From positions 1,295 through 65,294 of the forward strand of contig JAWUWD010000107.1 in the NCBI GenBank assembly GCA_034112085.1: a stretch of DNA of 64,000 nucleotides, read 5' to 3'. Made by a program: the position numbers and the translations under genes. This document shows, piece by piece, positions 58,425 through 64,000 of the stretch (position 1 is the first letter of the stretch; each line of letters opens with the position of its first letter). Origin of the DNA: Cyclobacteriaceae bacterium (GTDB lineage Bacteria > Bacteroidota > Bacteroidia > Cytophagales > Cyclobacteriaceae). The notes under the pieces were generated by a model. It was not told the DNA's origin. It was given only the letters and a program-made list of their open reading frames with translations, and did not search any database.

Positions 58425-61028
58425 ATGATCGAATCACTGAAAAAAGAATCGAAATATGTAAGAAGCTTGTTAGAAGCTAGTCTTGATCCATTGGTAACGA
58501 TCAGTGCAGAAGGAAAGATTACTGATGTAAATAAAGCCTTGATGAAAGTTACCGGCATTTCAAGAACTGGGCTTATAGGCACCAATTTCTCTTCTTATTT
58601 CACCTCTCCTAAAAAAGCGCAAGAAGGATATTTACAAGTCTATGAAAAGAATTTTGTCTCTGATTATGCTTTAACCATAAAACATAAAAACGGCAACTTA
58701 ACAGACGTGCTTTATAATGCTTCCTTATATAAGGACGAAAATGGAAAGGTGTTGGGTGTTTTTGCAGCTGCTCGTGATGTAACCGAACAAAAGTGGGCCA
58801 TTGAATTGCGCGCTGCTAACAAAGAATTAGTTTATCAAAATGAGAAACGTGCAGCTGAATTAGTTCTGGCCCATAAAGAACTAATATATCAAACCAGCGA
58901 AAAAGAAAAACGAATTGCAGAGTTGGCAATTGCAGACATTGAACTTGATTTTCAAAACAAAGAGAAAAAAAAGCGAGAAATCGCTAATAAGAAACTCAAA
59001 GCACTTAGCTCCTCTGCTAAACTAGCATCTCAATTTTCATTGAGCCTTATTGAAGCCAGTCATGACCTATTAGTAACCATTAGCACGAAAGGTAAGATTG
59101 TGGACATAAATCAGGCCATGGTAAACATTACAGGTGTCCCACGAAAAAAATTAACAGGGACTGACTTTTTTGATTATTTCACAGAGCCTCAAAAAGCAAG
59201 ACTAGTATATAAAGAAGTATTTGCCAAAGGATCTGTAACCGACTCCCCGCTAACGTTGCGACATAAGGATGGCAAATTAACCGATGTTCTTTTTAATGGA
59301 TCTGTTTATAAAGATGATAATAATAATGTGCAAGGTGTAGTTATTGTTGCCAGAGATGTTACAGATCAGACGAGAATCAGCACAGATTTGTTGGAAGCAA
59401 AAGAATCTGCAGAATTGGCTACAACCGTTGCTCAGGAAGCTAAATTCAAAGCTGAAGAGGTAGCTGAAATCGCAGAAAACGAAGTAAAGTCGAAACAACA
59501 GTTTTTGTCAAACATGAGTCATGAAATTCGCACTCCTATGAATGCGATTATTGGCTTTACGAAAGTGCTGTTAAAAACTAAACTTACGGCTAAGCAAAAA
59601 GAATACTTAAAGGCCATAAAAACGAGTGGTAACTCATTAATCGTGCTTATCAACGACATCCTTGATTTGGCCAAAGTCGATGCTGGAAAAATGACTTTTG
59701 AAAAATCTCCCTTCAAATTGGCTTCTTCCTTGTCTTTAATGCTTCATTTATTTGAAGCTAAAATACAGGAGAAAAATTTGTCGCTCATTAAGAATTATCA
59801 TGACGACATACCTGAGGTACTTCTTGGAGACCCTGCTCGACTTCACCAGATTATTCTAAATCTTGTAAGTAACGCAGTAAAGTTTACTTCAAAAGGACAC
59901 ATTGCTGTTTCAGTTCGCCTGCTAAGTGAAGATAAGGAAAGTGTGAGTATTGAATTCTCCATTTCTGATACTGGTATTGGGATCAAGGAAACCCAAATAG
60001 ATCAGATCTTTGAAAACTTTAGCCAAGCATCAAGTGATACTTCCAGGCTGTATGGCGGAACTGGATTGGGCCTTGCCATTGTGAAAAAGTTGGTAGAAGC
60101 ACAGGGAGGTAGCATAAGGGTGAAAAGTGTGCCTGATGTAGGCACTACTTTTAGCTTTATTCTGAATTTTGAACAAACAGTTGAAGACGCAGTATCAGAA
60201 ATTGAATTTGTGAAGTTAGATGAGGAATTTAAAAACACCAAAGTCTTGGTAGTTGAAGACATTAAGCTCAACCAATTATTGATGAAAACCTTGTTAGACG
60301 AATTCGGCTTTGAACTTGATATTGCCTCAAATGGTCTGATTGCAATTGAAAAATTAAAAGCCAAATCATACGATATTATTTTGATGGATCTCCAAATGCC
60401 GGAAATGAATGGTTTTGAGGCTACTCATTATATTCGAAACACGATGCGTTCCAAAATTCCGATCATAGCATTGACAGCGGATGTAACTACTGCTGACTTA
60501 AAAAAATGCAAGTCAGTAGGAATGAATGATTACCTGGCCAAACCGGTAGATGAGCGGCTATTATATAGTAAAATAGTGAGTTTGGTAGACCATATACCCG
60601 TAGAAACCATAGATTCGGAAGCAGAAACCATAGCAAAATCTGAGGCAAAAATAAAAACATTAAAATGTATTGATCTGACATATCTGAAACATATTAGCAA
60701 GTCAAATTCTGAAATAATGATGGAAGTAATGGTGCTTTATCTGGAACAAACACCATCATTGATTGAATTGATGCAGAAAAGCTCTCTGACAAAAGATTGG
60801 GAGTCGTTGCAGGCAGTTGCACATAGAATTATTTCATCATTTGCAATAGTCGGTATTCATGTTGATTTCGAAAACATGGCAAAAAAACTGCAACAATATG
60901 CAGCAAATAAAGAAGAGAATCCAGAAATAAAAAAACTGGTGTTGCAAATTACAAATATTTGTAATCAGGCATGTATTGAGATCGAAGAAGAATTGGACAG
61001 TCTAAAGAGTATTAACAATGGAAACTGA
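58425..61028 (+). CDS. hybrid sensor kinase: PAS, coiled-coil repeats, PAS, HisKA, HATPase, receiver, HPt
   Basis: Two PAS cores (LLEASLDPLVTIS, LIEASHDLLVTIS), H-box LSNMSHEIRTPMN, N-box LVSNAVKFT, DTGIGI, GGTGLGLAIVK, a receiver (VLVVEDIKLN, LMDLQMPEMNG, KP) and a C-terminal HPt-like helix bundle (AVAHRIISS). The start is the ATG at 58425 or the TTG at 58419. Confidence 0.9.
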   Translation: MIESLKKESKYVRSLLEASLDPLVTISAEGKITDVNKALMKVTGISRTGLIGTNFSSYFTSPKKAQEGYLQVYEKNFVSDYALTIKHKNGNLTDVLYNASLYKDENGKVLGVFAAARDVTEQKWAIELRAANKELVYQNEKRAAELVLAHKELIYQTSEKEKRIAELAIADIELDFQNKEKKKREIANKKLKALSSSAKLASQFSLSLIEASHDLLVTISTKGKIVDINQAMVNITGVPRKKLTGTDFFDYFTEPQKARLVYKEVFAKGSVTDSPLTLRHKDGKLTDVLFNGSVYKDDNNNVQGVVIVARDVTDQTRISTDLLEAKESAELATTVAQEAKFKAEEVAEIAENEVKSKQQFLSNMSHEIRTPMNAIIGFTKVLLKTKLTAKQKEYLKAIKTSGNSLIVLINDILDLAKVDAGKMTFEKSPFKLASSLSLMLHLFEAKIQEKNLSLIKNYHDDIPEVLLGDPARLHQIILNLVSNAVKFTSKGHIAVSVRLLSEDKESVSIEFSISDTGIGIKETQIDQIFENFSQASSDTSRLYGGTGLGLAIVKKLVEAQGGSIRVKSVPDVGTTFSFILNFEQTVEDAVSEIEFVKLDEEFKNTKVLVVEDIKLNQLLMKTLLDEFGFELDIASNGLIAIEKLKAKSYDIILMDLQMPEMNGFEATHYIRNTMRSKIPIIALTADVTTADLKKCKSVGMNDYLAKPVDERLLYSKIVSLVDHIPVETIDSEAETIAKSEAKIKTLKCIDLTYLKHISKSNSEIMMEVMVLYLEQTPSLIELMQKSSLTKDWESLQAVAHRIISSFAIVGIHVDFENMAKKLQQYAANKEENPEIKKLVLQITNICNQACIEIEEELDSLKSINNGN

Positions 61029-61449
61029 AAAAATAAAAATATTCCTGGTCGATGATGACGCACTATATTTGAAATCCTTAGAAATAGAATTTAGGCAAAA
61101 GGCGGACTTTCTTGTTGAAACCTTTCCATCTGGTGAAGAATGTTTGAGAAATATTTCACTTGATCCTGATTTGATCATTTTAGACTATCATCTTGATGGC
61201 ATTAATAAGAATGCCATGAACGGCTTACAGACATTGGATAAAATAAAGGAAATCGATCCAGACATGCCAGTCTTGATGTTATCGGCACAGGACAAAATTG
61301 ATGTAGCTATAAACTGCATACACCATAAAGCCTTTGACTATGTAGTGAAAAGTGAAACCGCTTTTTTACGGCTTGAGAAAATTATAACTTCGGTTTTTAA
61401 GTTTAAAAAAATGGAAAAAAAACTGAGTTGGTATATTGACAGGATGTAA
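61018..61449 (+). CDS. single-domain (CheY-like) response regulator
   Basis: IFLVDDD, ILDYHLDG and DYVVK. It overlaps the kinase stop by 11 nt. Confidence 0.85.
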   Translation: METEKIKIFLVDDDALYLKSLEIEFRQKADFLVETFPSGEECLRNISLDPDLIILDYHLDGINKNAMNGLQTLDKIKEIDPDMPVLMLSAQDKIDVAINCIHHKAFDYVVKSETAFLRLEKIITSVFKFKKMEKKLSWYIDRM

Positions 61450-61592
61450 GTCAAGTAATTCTTGATATGCTGATGAAACTGCTCTATAACGAATATCTTA
61501 AAAGAAAATACCACAATAACATTTAGATTTCATTTGACTTTAATTGAATTCATCAGCTGAACAATTCTAAATAATAAAGAGGAACAATACAG

Positions 61593-62906
61593 ATGACTCA
61601 AAAATCTAATAAATCTCACACCCTACTTGAAAGACGAAAAAAAGTAGTTGCTAATGGTGTTGGTGTATTTAATACATCGACTGTTCAACATGCAAAAGGA
61701 GCTATCATCACTGATGAAGATGGTAATGAGTTAATTGACTTTGCGGGTGGTATAGGAGTGGTAAATGCTGGTCATTGCCCTGAACCTGTAGTGAAGGCAA
61801 TAAAGGATCAAGCTGATAAATATCTACATACCAGTTTCAATGTGGTCACCTATGAGCCATATATCAAATTATGTGAAGAACTCTGTGAGATATTACCACA
61901 TGGTAAGCAAACCAAAGCAATGTTGGTCAGTACAGGTGCCGAAGCAGTAGAGAATGCCATTAAGATAGCTCGTCAGGCAACTAAACGAGAGGCTGTTCTA
62001 TGTTTCACAGATGCATATCATGGCAGAACATTGATGGCCATGACGCTTACAAGTAAAGTAGATTACAAACTTGAATGTGGTCCTTTTGCACCGGAAGTAT
62101 ATCGTATTCCATTCCCGAATTTTTATCGATATTCCGATGGGAAATCGATGGAAGACTTTGTAATAACAAAGCTTAAGGCATTACATGCGTCCAGTAAAAA
62201 TTTGATTGACCCTAAAAATCTGGCAGCAGTTATCATTGAGCCAATTCAAGGTGAAGGCGGTTTTAATCCAGTACCTCAAAAATATTTTGAAGGACTTCGT
62301 GAGTTTTGTAATGTGCATGGTATCATGCTTATCGCAGACGAGATACAAAGTGGCTTCGCGAGAACAGGACATTGGGCAAGTTGGCAGCACTATAATGTCC
62401 AGCCAGACATCAGTACCTATGGCAAGTCTATGGGTTCTGGACTACCTATTGCAGCGGTTATTGGAAGATCGGAAATAATGGATGCCGCAGCACAAGGAAC
62501 CATTGGAGGAACATATATAGGCAGTCCAATTTCTTGTGCCGCGTCATTGGCGACTATTCAATATATGAAAGATATCAATCTTAATGACAGGGCGAATGAG
62601 GTAGGTAAAATCGTGATGGATAGGTTGGAAAAGGTTAAAGAAGTATGCTCAGATATTGGTGATGTGAGAGGCTTAGGGGCAATGGTTGCAGTAGAGTTTG
62701 TGATAGACGGAGATCCACATCAACCTAATGGGGAATTGTGTGATACTATTGTGAAAGGCTGTGCGGAAAGTGGTCTGATAATCATAAGTGCAGGTACTTA
62801 TAAAAATATGATTAGGATTCTTTCTCCTTTGGTGATTACCAATGAAGAGTTGAATAAGGGGCTTGATATACTCGAGCAACAAATAATGGACAAAACTAAA
62901 AAATAA
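61593..62906 (+). CDS. gabT: class III aminotransferase (4-aminobutyrate/omega-amino acid aminotransferase)
   Basis: GIGVVNAGHC, AYHGRT, IADEIQSGFARTG and the PLP-lysine context TYGKSMGSGLP. Confidence 0.86.
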   Translation: MTQKSNKSHTLLERRKKVVANGVGVFNTSTVQHAKGAIITDEDGNELIDFAGGIGVVNAGHCPEPVVKAIKDQADKYLHTSFNVVTYEPYIKLCEELCEILPHGKQTKAMLVSTGAEAVENAIKIARQATKREAVLCFTDAYHGRTLMAMTLTSKVDYKLECGPFAPEVYRIPFPNFYRYSDGKSMEDFVITKLKALHASSKNLIDPKNLAAVIIEPIQGEGGFNPVPQKYFEGLREFCNVHGIMLIADEIQSGFARTGHWASWQHYNVQPDISTYGKSMGSGLPIAAVIGRSEIMDAAAQGTIGGTYIGSPISCAASLATIQYMKDINLNDRANEVGKIVMDRLEKVKEVCSDIGDVRGLGAMVAVEFVIDGDPHQPNGELCDTIVKGCAESGLIIISAGTYKNMIRILSPLVITNEELNKGLDILEQQIMDKTKK

Positions 62907-62909
62907 AAG

Positions 62910-63032
62910 ATGAAACGATTCGCAATTTCAGGCATACAAATGAAAGTGTCAGCTGTTCAGGCCAATGTGGAAATGATGAAGCTGAAACTTGACATTACCA
63001 TGAACCTATATCCATGGGTACAGATACTTTAG
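62910..63032 (+). pseudogene. 40-codon remnant resembling the N-terminus of a carbon-nitrogen (nitrilase-superfamily) hydrolase
   Basis: MKRFAISGIQMKVSAVQANVEMMKLKLDITMNLYPWVQIL then a stop. It starts 3 nt after the gabT stop, as a coupled operon gene would. Only 168 nt remain before the next gene, too little for a 260-300 aa enzyme. Confidence 0.4.
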
Positions 63033-63200
63033 TTTACTTAAATACATGAAATGATCTCGCACCTTTTTTAGGAAGGGTAAAAGAAAGCCGGGTACCGAAT
63101 AGTTTTGGATAAAACACTAATCGGTGAAGATGCTGGTTACTTTGTTTTATTCATAGATAAAGGAAGAAAATAAATTAATGCTTCACTCTCAATATTAGAT

Positions 63201-64000
63201 ATGACTAGCCAAAAAAAAGCAATAAGTGCACCTTATTACAGTATTGGCCAACTTCGGCTTGACAAATGGAATGAACTCAAAAACCAAAGTGAAGAATTAT
63301 CTCACTGCACTATTGGGTCAGATGATGAAAATAAGCACAAGAAGAAGATCGAGGAACTGCTAGAAGACTTGTCAATAGTAGAGCAATACTTTGCACTACC
63401 AGGAATGACAATAATTGATAGATTGATAAATTCATTGGCTCAAGATGAACTTGGTGTTTTGGCTCAAATCATCAATAACACCACACGTCAACTTGTAAAT
63501 GATATTTACAGTGGAAATTCATTTTTTCCCACGGAAGATGATTCGGATCAATTGGAAATTGAATCTATGAATAGTGTTCAACAAGGTATGAAGAAAAACT
63601 ATTTTGAAGTACTCTTTGTGGAAAACCTGAACTCAAAAGATGAAATAGCATTGCATGAAAAACTCCATGAACTGCATGATCCAAATGAACAATTTAATTA
63701 CAATGTGATTATTCAGCATTCTTTTCAGGATGCTTTAATAGCTCTTTTTTTCAACCCCAATATCCAAGCGGTGGTTATCCGCTATGCCCCACCATACCTA
63801 TCTGAGAACATAACTCCTTTAATAGAACCATACATCCAAAACGTACTTAATATCACTCTAGATGATATTCCTGAATTTGAATTGGGCCCTCGGATAGGGA
63901 CATTGATCCGTCAATTCAGACCCGAGCTTGACACCTATTATGTAACGGACACAGGACTGGGTAATCTGGAAGAAAGTACACTTAAGACCTTCGAAAGAAT
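63201..64000 (+). CDS. N-terminal part of a large protein, possibly an Orn/Lys/Arg-decarboxylase family enzyme (runs off the window end)
   Basis: Open frame from the ATG at 63201 to the window end (266 codons). The segment YFEVLFVEN...ALIALFFNPNIQAVVIRY looks like the receiver-like wing domain of large PLP decarboxylases. The assignment is tentative. Confidence 0.4.
   Translation, partial: MTSQKKAISAPYYSIGQLRLDKWNELKNQSEELSHCTIGSDDENKHKKKIEELLEDLSIVEQYFALPGMTIIDRLINSLAQDELGVLAQIINNTTRQLVNDIYSGNSFFPTEDDSDQLEIESMNSVQQGMKKNYFEVLFVENLNSKDEIALHEKLHELHDPNEQFNYNVIIQHSFQDALIALFFNPNIQAVVIRYAPPYLSENITPLIEPYIQNVLNITLDDIPEFELGPRIGTLIRQFRPELDTYYVTDTGLGNLEESTLKTFER

Noticed and set aside
53229-61449. The signalling-rich stretch around the IS6 element as a defence or toxin-antitoxin island.
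   Set aside because: All ORFs resolve into two-component, AraC, YtxH and lipoprotein genes. No nuclease, ATPase, methyltransferase, reverse transcriptase, TIR/SIR2 or toxin-like domains are present.
61467-61526. Short upstream ORFs: a 19-codon MLMKLLYNEYLKRKYHNNI before gabT, a 13-codon ORF at about 15802, and a 6-codon ORF at about 50177.
   Set aside because: They are of the length and composition expected by chance in AT-rich leaders, with no distinctive residue pattern (unlike the Cys-rich ORF). I cannot assess their conservation here.
63033-63200. A stop-free stretch reading KKAGYRIVLDKTLIGEDAGYFVLFIDKGRK as a surviving C-terminal fragment of the deleted hydrolase.
   Set aside because: It is only 30 codons, has no start, and shows no motif I can tie to the nitrilase superfamily. 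That is too weak to annotate.

Overview
About 37% GC chromosomal segment, with the gene content and promoter style of a Bacteroidota (Cytophagia/Flavobacteriia-like) genome. The Bacteroidota -7 box TAnnTTTG recurs 25-65 nt upstream of many starts. Most of the window is housekeeping: tsf-rpsB-rpsI-rplM, ruvC, greA, mgtE-rsmA, pdxA, yceD-rpmF-fabH-efp-accB-accC-ACP, an IcmF-type fused B12 mutase, aspartate aminotransferase, sugar and adenosine kinases, a cold-shock protein convergent with rhlE, an Nramp-pxpABC cluster, tRNA-Val(TAC), and AsmA-like and DUF2723 envelope proteins. It also holds four histidine kinases (three with an adjacent response regulator) and an envelope cluster (GT2, flippase-like protein, beta-barrel, aminopeptidase, DUF3108). 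The only clearly accessory stretch is about 55.2-61.5 kb. It contains a complete 779-bp IS6-family element with perfect 17-bp inverted repeats and no target duplication, repeat-rich non-coding DNA, and YtxH, lipoprotein, AraC, PAS hybrid kinase and receiver genes. I see no CRISPR array, prophage or recognisable defence system. The best candidate for something undescribed is an unlisted 32-codon ORF encoding a peptide with 11 cysteines (34244..34146, minus strand). It heads a co-directional set of a SigZ/CorE-like ECF sigma factor with a Cys-rich C-terminus and no anti-sigma gene, a CGNC thioredoxin, and a small acidic protein that overlaps the thioredoxin gene. Other points worth a second look: a terminator-like hairpin in the greA leader, triple direct repeats upstream of a kinase/regulator operon, paired operator-like motifs around the lipoprotein and AraC genes, a 40-codon remnant of a carbon-nitrogen hydrolase gene, and a GC-rich patch inside the DUF2723 gene. 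All calls come from reading the sequence and recalled family signatures. No database search was run.
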